Notes under the pieces: model-generated | Seen by the model: only the letters and a program-made list of their open reading frames with translations | Database searches by the model: none | What the model was told of the DNA's origin: nothing | Origin: Clostridia bacterium | Lineage (GTDB): Bacteria > Bacillota > Clostridia > TANB77 > CAG-508 | Direction of reading: 5' to 3' | Length of the DNA: 64,000 bases | Assembly: GCA_017613275.1 (NCBI GenBank) | Contig: JAGAED010000002.1 | Span: 10,661-74,660 of the forward strand | Made by a program: the position numbers and the translations under genes | Shown here: positions 10,100-18,840 of the stretch, piece by piece | Numbering within the stretch: position 1 is the stretch's first letter | Layout: each line of letters opens with the position of its first letter

Positions 10100-10777
10100 A
10101 TGAAAAAGTATGTATGTGAATTTTTAGGTACATTTATTTTAGTACTTATGGGATGTGGAAGTGCCGTTTTAGCAGGAAGTTATATTGGAGTTGTAGGAGT
10201 AGCCTTGGCTTTTGGTTTATCAATTGTTGCAATAGCATATTCTGTTGGTAGAATATCTGGAGGACATGTTAATCCAGCTGTATCTCTTGCAATGTTAATT
10301 AACGGAAAAATTACTGTAAAAGATTTTTGCGGATATGTTGTAGCTCAAATTGCTGGTGCATTTGCAGGAAGCGGAATTTTATCTTTAATAGTAAGTATGA
10401 CTGAATTAAAAAATGTTGGATTAGGAGCTAACGGATTTGGAGAAGCATCTGCAGTAGGATTAACAATGGCAGGAGCTATAGTTGTTGAAATAATTGCAAC
10501 ATGTATATTTGTTTTAACAATATTAGGAGTAACACATAATGAAAAGTTATCTTCTAAAGCAGGTCTTGTTATAGGATTAGTTCTTACATTAGTTCATATT
10601 GTATGTATTCCTTTAACAGGTACATCTGTAAACCCAGCAAGAAGTTTAGCTCCAGCTGTAATTCTTGGCGGAGAAGCTCTTTCTCAAGGATGGGTATTCA
10701 TAGTAGGACCACTTGTAGGAGCTGCAATTGCAGGAGTGATTTGGAAATTCTTAGCTAAAAATGAAGAAGAAATTTAA
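10100..10777 (+). CDS. aqpZ: Aquaporin / MIP family channel
   Basis: Two NPA boxes (HVNPAVS, SVNPARS), six TM segments, 225 aa, RBS aaggaggg. Confidence 0.9.
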   Translation: MKKYVCEFLGTFILVLMGCGSAVLAGSYIGVVGVALAFGLSIVAIAYSVGRISGGHVNPAVSLAMLINGKITVKDFCGYVVAQIAGAFAGSGILSLIVSMTELKNVGLGANGFGEASAVGLTMAGAIVVEIIATCIFVLTILGVTHNEKLSSKAGLVIGLVLTLVHIVCIPLTGTSVNPARSLAPAVILGGEALSQGWVFIVGPLVGAAIAGVIWKFLAKNEEEI

Positions 10778-10796
10778 TGAACAATTAAAAAGAGAA

Positions 10797-10831
10797 AAAA
10801 GATAAAATGTATGCACATTTTATCTTTTTTT
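10797..10831 (+). terminator. Intrinsic terminator after the aquaporin gene
   Basis: aaaagataaaatgt / acattttatctttt perfect 14-bp stem, T-run. Confidence 0.85.
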
Positions 10832-10887
10832 AGTTAGTGCTTTATTTTTCTTTGAAAATATGATAAAATATATAAGATTTTTGAAAA

Positions 10888-11769
10888 ATGGAGAAAAAAA
10901 TGGAAAAGAAAATGGAAAGATATCAAGAGATAGAGAGAAGTATTATAACTAAATATAGAAAAACAATTTGGACAAAGTTCATAAGAGGAATTCAAGAATA
11001 TGATATGATACAAGACGGAGATAAAATTGCTGTTTGTATATCTGGTGGAAAAGATTCAATGCTTTTGGCTAAGTGTTTTCAAGAACTATTAAGACATGGC
11101 AAAATGAATTTTGAATTAGTATTTATGTGTATGAATCCAGGCTACAATGAAGAAAATAAACAAAAAATAATCGAAAACGCTGAGATTTTAAATATTCCGT
11201 TAACAATGTTCGAAACAAAAATATTTGATACAGTTGTTAATATAGATGACCACCCATGTTATATATGTGCAAGAATGAGAAGGGGACACCTATATAAAAA
11301 AGCAAGAGAATTAGGATGCAACAAAATAGCATTGGGACATCATTTTGACGATGTAATAGAAACAATTCTAATGGGAATGATCTATGGAGCACAAATGCAA
11401 ACAATGATGCCAAAATTACATAGTTCATTCCATGAAGGAATGGAATTGATTAGACCATTATGTTTTGTTAAAGAACAAGATATAATAAATTGGAGAGATA
11501 GAAATGGTCTAGAATTCATTCAATGTGCATGCAGATTTACAGAACAAGAAGCAAAAGCAAATGATGATGAAATTGGCAAAAGGGAAGAGATGAAACGCTT
11601 AATAAAAGAATTAAGACTAAAATATAAAAATGCAGATATGAATATCTACAGAAGTGCACAAAATGTTAATTTAAATACACTTTTATCATATACTAAAAAT
11701 GGAGAAACACATACATTTTTAGAAGATTTTAATAAAAGGAAAAAAGAAATTCAAGATAAGTTAAATTAA
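10888..11769 (+). CDS. PP-loop ATPase, tRNA 2-thiocytidine synthase TtcA-like
   Basis: PP-loop SGGKDS (CISGGKDSMLL) and paired CxxC-type cysteines (PCYICARMRRG, IQCACRF). Start ambiguous among ATGs at 10888, 10900 and 10912. Confidence 0.8.
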   Translation: MEKKMEKKMERYQEIERSIITKYRKTIWTKFIRGIQEYDMIQDGDKIAVCISGGKDSMLLAKCFQELLRHGKMNFELVFMCMNPGYNEENKQKIIENAEILNIPLTMFETKIFDTVVNIDDHPCYICARMRRGHLYKKARELGCNKIALGHHFDDVIETILMGMIYGAQMQTMMPKLHSSFHEGMELIRPLCFVKEQDIINWRDRNGLEFIQCACRFTEQEAKANDDEIGKREEMKRLIKELRLKYKNADMNIYRSAQNVNLNTLLSYTKNGETHTFLEDFNKRKKEIQDKLN

Positions 11770-11778
11770 TATATATTA

Positions 11779-11808
11779 TTGACATATTTGGTATTTAAAT
11801 ATTATAAT
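11779..11808 (+). promoter_or_regulatory. Promoter of the solitary tRNA-Gly gene
   Basis: TTGACA 11779-11784, 18-nt spacer, TATAAT 11803-11808, about 12 nt before the tRNA 5' end. Confidence 0.6.
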
Positions 11809-11820
11809 ATATAGAGACAA

Positions 11821-11894
11821 GCGGGTATAGTTTAATGGTAGAATCCCATGCTTCCGACCTGGTGGTGAGGGTTCGATTCCCTCTACCCGCTCCA
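11821..11894 (+). tRNA. tRNA-Gly (anticodon UCC), CCA encoded
   Basis: Cloverleaf by hand: acceptor gcgggta/tacccgc, D arm gttt-aatggta-gaat, anticodon arm ccatg-cttccga-cctgg, T arm gaggg-ttcgatt-ccctc. One U-C mismatch in the anticodon stem and G at position 37. Confidence 0.85.
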
Positions 11895-11901
11895 AAATAT
11901 A

Positions 11902-11942
11902 AAAACTTGTAAGCCTTTATAAGGTAAGCTTACAAGTTTTTT
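11902..11942. terminator. Bidirectional terminator between tRNA-Gly and the convergent island genes
   Basis: aaaacttgtaagc (11902-11914) / gcttacaagtttt (11928-11940), A-run on one side and T-run on the other. Confidence 0.8.
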
Positions 11943-11957
11943 ATTTAATATATAATT

Positions 11958-12257
11958 CTAATTATTATTCTTCAAGTACATATCCCTATAATATTTCTGT
12001 TCTTCTTTGGTTTCACACCAATACTTTAAATTTAAATATGCAATAACAGTAAGGGCTTCTTTAGAATAATCTTTTTCAAGAAAATCAGTTTTATCTGACA
12101 AAAGGGTATCTAGGTATTCTTTATTACATTCGTCCCTAAATATATTAAATAGTTCTCTAGGTACTTTTTCTGTATATTCTGGTTCGATATGTTTTAAAAT
12201 ATCTAACACTTCTGAATAGGCATTTGCCATATTTTTATCCATTTTCATTCCTTTCAA
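11958..12257 (-). CDS. Hypothetical 94-99 aa helical protein, downstream partner of the HExxH gene
   Basis: ORF begins 6 nt after the upstream stop. Likely start is ATG 12242 (MDKNMANAY...) behind aaagga. No motif recognised. Confidence 0.6.
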   Translation of the reverse strand: MKGMKMDKNMANAYSEVLDILKHIEPEYTEKVPRELFNIFRDECNKEYLDTLLSDKTDFLEKDYSKEALTVIAYLNLKYWCETKEEQKYYRDMYLKNNN

Positions 12258-12262
12258 ATATA

Positions 12263-13790
12263 TTATCTTGATTGATCATTACTTATTTTTTGTGTTTTAT
12301 TTTGTAATTTAGTTTCTAGCATTTTTCCGACTTCTAAAATATCCATAGAAGCAAAGCCTTTTAATTTTTCTAAGAACAATGCTCTTTTAGAACTCTTTGC
12401 TAATTGTTTATCTATATCAGCTAATATATCATTTCCAATTTTATTATATTTAGCATTGTCTGGGAATAAAATATTAGTATAATTAGAAGTAATATTTGCT
12501 AAATATTTAGATGATACAGGTTCAATATTATTATCATTTGTACAAAAATTAGCAGTTTGCGCTAATAAAGCAAAGTTTTGTGTTCCTATTTTTCTTTTAA
12601 ATTTCTTTACTGATAAATTACCATTATTGATATCTTGGATATCTTTTTTTAAATTTAAATCTGAAACAAATCTCTTTGTTGTACCATCAAATAATTCGTT
12701 TTGATGTACAGTTATAGATTTTTCTCTATTTACATATGGTAGATTTAACAAATTGATTAAATCTTTATTTTTAGTAATTTTTTCTAAAACCTCACGAGTT
12801 TGATAGTGATGAATTACTTCTTCTGCACAAATTGTTCCGTTGGACAGTATTACTACTTTGGGATTTAAGACCTTCTTTTTTGGCCTTCCTTGACCATCTG
12901 AAATTTATCCAACTATCAACAAATTTATTATGCATTGACATTAATCCCGAAGCATTTTGATTTTTTGGTAACTCTCTTACTAAAAGACCAGTTTTATATT
13001 GTTTTTTAGTTATTTGTTCTTTAGATATATGCATAACTTCATGTAAAGCATTTTTTAAATATTCTGTTTTGTTTGGATATTTAAATACTGGTAAAAAGAT
13101 ATATCTTATGTTTTTATCATTTAGCTTACCAATTTTTTGAACAACAAATTGCCCTTCATTTGAAATCCCTTCTAGAATATCCGTATAATATTTGCCTTTT
13201 GGTACATCTGATAAATGTTTATAAAAAGAACTTGTTTCCATTAATATTTTTTCATCCGAAAGCTTTTTATATTTTTCAATAATTTTTTCAACCTTAGTTT
13301 TCTTAAATTTAGTGAAAAGTTTATTTTTATCTTTTAAAAGTTCATCTTTTATAAAATTAGCATTTTCTTCAAAACTATTATTTGAACAATTATTTAATAA
13401 TCTTGAATATTCAGCCATAGATAATTTAGGGAATAATTGTTCTAAATCATCTAACATAAAAGAAGAATATCTTTTAATTATTTCTTTTTTTTCTGCATGT
13501 ATTTTTTTTGATAAATATAATTCTTTACTAAAATTGTCCTTTAAATATTTATCACCATATAAATTTCTTTGTTGTATAAGCATATTGTCTAAGTCATCTA
13601 ATGTTATGTAAGGGATAAATAATGTGTTATCTATTATAGAATTATATTTTTCTAGATAATCTTTTTTGGTTTCATCATTATAATTATCAGAACCAAATTG
13701 CTCTGTATAAATTAAGTCAATTACTTCTTCATTTCTAAAAAAACTATTAAGGTTTTCTTTATAAATATTTGAAATATCTCCTAAATCCAT
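12263..13790 (-). pseudogene. About 500-aa HExxH (putative zinc metallopeptidase-like) protein split by a +1 frame change
   Basis: ORF 12792..13790 carries ALHEVMH. The frame of ORF 12263..12751 stays open upstream to 12904 (..SDGQGRPKKKVLNPKVVILSNGTICAEEVIHHYQTREVLEKITKNKDLINLLNLPYVNREK..). Both frames therefore overlap across 12795-12904, which contains an A6/T6 run at 12876-12881. Confidence 0.6.
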
Positions 13791-14069
13791 ATTTTCTCCT
13801 TTTTAATACTATATTTTATAGTATAACATAAATCGGTCAATGTATCAATAGTTTTAAACATATTTTATTATTGGTGCTTGCTTTATTTGTTAGAATTTTA
13901 CAGAAGTTGACATATTACCAAAAATATGGTACCATTAAATCATACACCGTAGGTCAGGTTAGTTATGGGTGTAATAGGTGGTCTTTATAAAACACAATTG
14001 TGTGTATAAAGAACTATCTATCCAAATTAGCATTTAGCTAAAAGATCTAGCAGAAGGGAGTGAAATGTA

Positions 14070-14318
14070 ATGCTGATTTGGTTACTGGTATTGCTTATTG
14101 CTATTGCCTGGAAGTATTTCGGGTGCAATCCAATAGGAATAGCATACCAAGAATCAAAGGTCATCAAAATGTCAATTACCGAGAGCGAAAGGGAAACGGT
14201 TTTGAAAAAAATTGCAAAATACTTTGTTCGGGAAAAAACAAAGCAAATTCTTTTCAATTCCGAGCGGTTAAAATCGCTTATGATCTCCATTTGGCTCCAG
14301 GTGGTTGACTATCAGTGA
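14070..14318 (+). CDS. Hypothetical 82-aa protein with N-terminal TM helix (first gene of the GC-richer cassette)
   Basis: aagggag 10 nt upstream of ATG 14070. Most protein-like of three overlapping frames. N-terminal LIWLLVLLIAIAW helix. Confidence 0.4.
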   Translation: MLIWLLVLLIAIAWKYFGCNPIGIAYQESKVIKMSITESERETVLKKIAKYFVREKTKQILFNSERLKSLMISIWLQVVDYQ

Positions 14319-14355
14319 ATCCTAAAAAAACAACGAATTTTTAGGAGGAAAAAAA

Positions 14356-15081
14356 ATGGCAATTATAATCTTATGTGTAACAGTAGTTATCATTCTAGGT
14401 GTCCTTGCTTTGGGCAACACCAAAATGTCTGAAACTGCAAATACACAGAACAATGTTGTCAAAACAATAATTCCGGACGAAACTACTCAGAAGATTTCTG
14501 AAGGTTCTGAGGAAGAGTGCATAAAAGCACTGAAACAAACTCATGACAGAGTTATTGACAACAGAACCTGTAGCATACCAAAGTGTGTAGAAAGAGACCT
14601 TATAAACGCGCTGGACAAGCGTGTCAAGATTCAGTTCACTGGACTCTGCTCAGCGAGGTATGTCTATAGAGAGTGTTTCGAAAAAGCAAAGGCGTCTTTA
14701 GCCAAGTTAGAAGAAAACATGGATAATCTCCTGGAAGACCGCTCTACTAACAAGTACTTGAAGGGGAGCAATGATGGGAGGACAATAATAAACAAGATCT
14801 ATAGAGATTTTGATATTTGTTGTGAAAATCCACAAGTGTTTTTCAGAAACGTAAAATACGATATGTTCACTGCATTTGAGATGTATGATTATGTTGTGTT
14901 TGGACGGGTGAAGAATCCCGCGCTTTTAGAAAAATCCAATGCTGTTATTTCAGAAGCAGCAACGGATATGATAAACTTCGAAGTAGCCTATAAAAATAAA
15001 AAGGCGGCTGAGGAGTCGTATGAAAAAGCCGTAGAAATACGTGCTGCGTACGAAGATCTGATTTCGTTCATGAAAGGATAG
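14356..15081 (+). CDS. Hypothetical 241-aa membrane-anchored protein, foreign composition
   Basis: RBS taggagg, N-terminal TM helix (IIILCVTVVIILGVLAL). Uses GC-rich codons (CTG, GCG, CGC). Hand count for line 14581-14640 is 26/60 G+C versus 18/60 for line 12301-12360. Confidence 0.75.
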   Translation: MAIIILCVTVVIILGVLALGNTKMSETANTQNNVVKTIIPDETTQKISEGSEEECIKALKQTHDRVIDNRTCSIPKCVERDLINALDKRVKIQFTGLCSARYVYRECFEKAKASLAKLEENMDNLLEDRSTNKYLKGSNDGRTIINKIYRDFDICCENPQVFFRNVKYDMFTAFEMYDYVVFGRVKNPALLEKSNAVISEAATDMINFEVAYKNKKAAEESYEKAVEIRAAYEDLISFMKG

Positions 15082-15097
15082 TTGACCTTTGTGGTCT

Positions 15098-15130
15098 CCC
15101 CCCCATTTCCCAGGGGGGGTTTTCTTTTTT
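15098..15130 (+). terminator. C7/G7 hairpin terminator ending the GC-richer cassette
   Basis: ccccccc (15098-15104) - atttccca - ggggggg (15113-15119) followed by ttttctttttt. Confidence 0.85.
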
Positions 15131-15168
15131 AGAATAAAAATAAAATATAAAAAAATTCCTGAAAACTA

Positions 15169-15197
15169 TTGACAAACTTGACTTTTTGTAATAAAAT
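15169..15197 (+). promoter_or_regulatory. Promoter of rplM-rpsI
   Basis: TTGACA 15169-15174, 17-nt spacer, TAAAAT 15192-15197. Confidence 0.55.
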
Positions 15198-15223
15198 ATT
15201 TCAGACAAATTAGCATATGAATT

Positions 15224-15257
15224 AAATTTAAAACTTCTCCCCGGTAGTTTTGAATTT
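15224..15257 (+). promoter_or_regulatory. Structured 5' leader hairpin of rplM (possible L13 autoregulatory leader)
   Basis: aaatttaaaact (15224-15235) / agttttgaattt (15246-15257), one G-U pair, GC-rich loop tctccccggt. Lies between the promoter and the rplM RBS. Confidence 0.35.
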
Positions 15258-15320
15258 ATATACATATATATTAATATTAAAAATCAAAATTCAAAGAATT
15301 AAGAAAGGAAGTTAGTTACC

Positions 15321-15761
15321 ATGAATAACGTAACATATAGCGCTAAAAAAGGCGAAGTAGAAAGCAAATGGTATATAATTGATGCAGCTAACAAACCATT
15401 AGGTAGAGTTGCAACAGAAGCTGCAAAATTATTAAGAGGAAAACACAAACCAACATTTACACCAAATATTGATACAGGTGATCACGTAATTATTATTAAT
15501 GCAAAAGATGTTATTTTAACAGGAAATAAAATGGACCAAAAAGTTTACAGACATCATTCAGGATACATTGGAGGAATGAAAGAAGTTTCTGCAAGAGTAA
15601 TGATTGAAAATAATCCAGAAAAAGCTATTACATTAGCAGTTAAAGGAATGTTACCACACAATTCTTTAGGTAGACAAAGTCTTAAAAAATTAAGAGTTTA
15701 TGCAGGTAGCGAACATGAAAATGCAGCACAAAAACCAGAAGTTTGGGAGGTAAATAAATAA
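15321..15761 (+). CDS. rplM: 50S ribosomal protein L13
   Basis: [33 protein letters not shown] is a canonical L13 N-terminus; 146 aa. Confidence 0.97.
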   Translation: MNNVTYSAKKGEVESKWYIIDAANKPLGRVATEAAKLLRGKHKPTFTPNIDTGDHVIIINAKDVILTGNKMDQKVYRHHSGYIGGMKEVSARVMIENNPEKAITLAVKGMLPHNSLGRQSLKKLRVYAGSEHENAAQKPEVWEVNK

Positions 15762-16162
15762 TGGCTAATAAAGATAATATAGTATATTATGGAACAGGTA
15801 GAAGAAAATCTTCTATCGCTAGAGTTAGAATAGTAGAAGGTTCTGGAAAAATCACAATCAATGGAAAAGATATTGATGAATTTTTCGGATTAGAAACTTT
15901 AAAAGTTATAGTTAGACAACCATTAACAGTTACAGATACATCAACAAAATATGATGTAATTGCTAATGTTAAAGGTGGCGGAATTACAGGTCAAGCAGGA
16001 GCTGTAAGACACGGATTAGCTAGAGCTTTAAATGAAGCAAATGCTGAATTTAGACCAGCTTTAAAAACAAACGGATTCTTAACAAGAGATCCTCGTATGA
16101 AAGAAAGAAAAAAATACGGTCTTAAAAAAGCAAGAAAAGCTCCACAATTCTCAAAGAGATAA
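15761..16162 (+). CDS. rpsI: 30S ribosomal protein S9
   Basis: [14 protein letters not shown]... and C-terminal [20 protein letters not shown] overlap with rplM. Confidence 0.97.
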   Translation: MANKDNIVYYGTGRRKSSIARVRIVEGSGKITINGKDIDEFFGLETLKVIVRQPLTVTDTSTKYDVIANVKGGGITGQAGAVRHGLARALNEANAEFRPALKTNGFLTRDPRMKERKKYGLKKARKAPQFSKR

Positions 16163-16174
16163 TATTTTACATAA

Positions 16175-16207
16175 AAAACCCTTTGGACTTTATCCAAAGG
16201 GTTTTTT
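16175..16207 (+). terminator. Intrinsic terminator after rpsI
   Basis: aaaaccctttgga / tccaaagggtttt with T-run. Confidence 0.85.
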
Positions 16208-16281
16208 GTAACTAAAACTAAAAAATTTGAATAATTTATTCAATTACCTTATAATTATTAAGTATAAGAGTAGGTGGAAAA

Positions 16282-17914
16282 GTGAGAAAAAATAATAAAA
16301 AAACAAAAAATAAAAAAGAAAGTTTTGGTCAGGCAGTAGTAACCTTGATATTTTCACAAATATTAATCAAAATCCTTGGCTTGGTTTATACATTATATTT
16401 GACAAATAGGGAAGGTTTTGGTGATAGAGGCAATGGTATACTTGCAAGTGGATATCAGATATATGCTATGTTGCTTACACTTTCTTCAATAGGAGTTCCA
16501 AGTGCAATTGCAAAACTAGTTTCAGAAAGAGTAGCTATAGGAGATCATAAGGGAGCGCACAGAATTTTTAAAATTGCATTTGCAACATTTGCTGTGATAG
16601 GGGCAGTAGGAAGTTTATTGCTATTTTTCGGGGCAGGATTAATTGCAAAAAAATGGCTTCAAATTCCAGAGGCAGAAATGACATTGGTTGCATTGGCACC
16701 TGCAATATTTTTTGTATCAATAGCAAGTGTTATGAGAGGATATTTCAATGGAAGACAAAACATGAAAACAACTGCAAGATCACAAACACTAGAGCAGATA
16801 TTAAAAACATTGCTTACAATTATAATAGTAGAGATAGTTGCAATGCTCTCAAATATTTCAACAGAGTGGATGGCAGCAGGGGCAAATTTGGCAACAACAT
16901 TAGCAATATTCTTGGGATATGGATACTTACATTTATATTACAAAACACAAAGAAAAATAATAGCACAAGAAATAAAGGAAACTGTCAATTATAAACATGA
17001 AAGAGTAAAAACAATAATAAAGAAAATTTTGTTGGTCTCTGCACCAATAGCATTAACAGCAGTGCTTTCATCAATAAATAAAAATATAGATTCATTTACC
17101 GTAGTTAGGGCATTAAGAGAATTTATGACAGAAGATATGGCAACAGCACAATATGGAATACTTGGTGGAAAAGTAGATACCTTAACAAACTTGCCATTGG
17201 CAATAAATGTAGCATTTTCAACAGCACTTGTTCCAGCAATTGCAGCTGCGAAAGCTAGAAAAGACCACCAAACAATAACGGAAAAAACAACATTTTCTTT
17301 ATTGGTTTCAATGTTAATAGCTTTGCCATGTACAGTTGGAATGTGCATATTTGCTGAACCGATTTTAAACTTGCTATTTCCAAAAGCAAGTGCAGGAGCA
17401 GTAATATTACAAATAAGTTCAATAACAATGTTATTTACAATTTTAGACCAAACAATAAATGGAGCTCTTCAGGGATTTGGAAAGCTGATGATTCCAACAA
17501 TTTCGCTTGGAGTGCGGAGTGGTTGTGAAATTAATATTGAATTTAATATTAGTTCCAATTCCGGAAATAGGTGTAAACGGAGCGGCATGGGCATCAGTTG
17601 CATGCCATACTGTGGCGTTTTTAATAGCTATAACATTTCTAATTAAATATATGAAAATAAAAATTGGTATAATTAAATTCGTTATAAAACCAGCTTTAGC
17701 AACAACGATTATGGCATTTTGTTCATTATTTATATATAATTCAATAAATGGTATAATTCCTGGAAGATTGGCTACAATAATTGCAATATTGGTAGCTGTA
17801 GTGATGTATCTAGTGGCAATTGTATGTTTGAAGATTTTTAGCAAAAAAGAAATTTTGGCATTACCAATGGGAGAAAAAATTTGTAAAGTCCTTGAAAAAA
17901 CTAAAATATATTAA
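16282..17914 (+). pseudogene. spoVB: SpoVB-like MOP/MurJ-family flippase, reading frame broken by a 7-nt near-duplication
   Basis: ORFs 16282..17646 and 17507..17914 are consecutive parts of one polytopic protein in different frames. The junction reads ggagtg-c-ggagtg (17509-17521). Deleting 7 nt gives ..PTISLGVVVKLILNLILVPIPEIGVNGAAWASV.. Confidence 0.7.
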
Positions 17915-18036
17915 ATTTTTTGAAAAAAAAAGAAGGATTTTATCTTATTTTGGCGAATATTATTATTGTAGTTATAAAAAAGGCTTTAAATTAGCACTTT
18001 TGCTACATAGTTTAAATCTTATAGGAGGTAATTTAA

Positions 18037-18315
18037 ATGAACAAAGCTGAATTAATCGCAGCAGTAGCTGCAAAAACAGGTGACACAAAAAAAGCAGCTG
18101 AAGCATCAATCAACGCTGTTGTTGAAGTTATCACAGAAACATTAAAGAAAGGTGATAAAGTTCAATTAGTTGGATTTGGATCTTTCGAAGTTAGAAAAAG
18201 AGCAGCTAGAAAAGGAAGAAACCCACAAACTAAAGAAGAAATCAAAATACCTGCATCAAAAGCTCCAGTATTCAAAGCTGGTAAAGCATTAAAAGATTTA
18301 GTAAACAAAAAATAA
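18037..18315 (+). CDS. hup: Histone-like DNA-binding protein HU
   Basis: [11 protein letters not shown]...[20 protein letters not shown]...; 92 aa. Confidence 0.96.
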   Translation: MNKAELIAAVAAKTGDTKKAAEASINAVVEVITETLKKGDKVQLVGFGSFEVRKRAARKGRNPQTKEEIKIPASKAPVFKAGKALKDLVNKK

Positions 18316-18353
18316 GAATTTATTATAAATGATATAAATATATGAATTCATAT

Positions 18354-18385
18354 AAAGAGACTTGAGAAAAAGTCTCTTTTTTTTG
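18354..18385 (+). terminator. Intrinsic terminator after hup
   Basis: aaagagact / agtctcttt with 7-nt loop and a T8 run. Confidence 0.85.
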
Positions 18386-18460
18386 CCAAAACACTTGACA
18401 AATTGGAAAAAATGGTGTAAAGTAATATAGCATTACAAAAAATCGAAAGGTAGTATATTT

Positions 18461-18808
18461 ATGGAAGAAAAAGTAAAAATAAGTATGTTGATAGAAACAT
18501 ATGGCAAACTTCTAACTGAAAAGCAAAATCAGATTTTAAATGACTACTACAACAACGATTTATCTCTATCAGAAATAGCAGAAAATGAAAAAATCACAAG
18601 GCAAGCTGTTAGAGATATCATAAAGAAAGGGGAGAAAAAACTTTTCGAGTACGAGGAAAAGCTATTATTTATGAAAAGGACAACGGAAACAAATAGAAAA
18701 ATAGAAAAAGCATTAAATGAACTAACGAAAATTCAAAAAGATTACTCAGACAAGCAAATAGCAATAGTGCTAGAGCACATAAAAAAAGAATTAAACTGCT
18801 TAGTTTAG
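18461..18808 (+). CDS. ylxM: YlxM-like (UPF0122) helix-turn-helix protein preceding ffh
   Basis: Sigma-70 region-4-like HTH (LSLSEIAENEKITRQAVRDIIKKGEKKL) and the conserved position immediately upstream of ffh. Confidence 0.8.
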   Translation: MEEKVKISMLIETYGKLLTEKQNQILNDYYNNDLSLSEIAENEKITRQAVRDIIKKGEKKLFEYEEKLLFMKRTTETNRKIEKALNELTKIQKDYSDKQIAIVLEHIKKELNCLV

Positions 18809-18840
18809 AAAAGTAAAAAATACGAATGGGGGAATAAATC

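Noticed and set aside
14027-14308. Alternative frames in the cassette leader region (14060..14308 plus, 14027..14290 minus)
   Set aside because: The products are less protein-like (Cys/Arg/Asn-rich, or antisense) and have no RBS. The 14070 frame has aagggag at correct spacing. Even that call is kept at low confidence.
11895-15320. Integrative element or genomic island with att sites at tRNA-Gly
   Set aside because: I looked for a direct repeat of the tRNA 3' end (ggttcgattccctctacccgc) at the far side of the patch, and for an integrase or recombinase. I found neither. The region is reported only as accessory and compositionally mixed, not as a defined mobile element.
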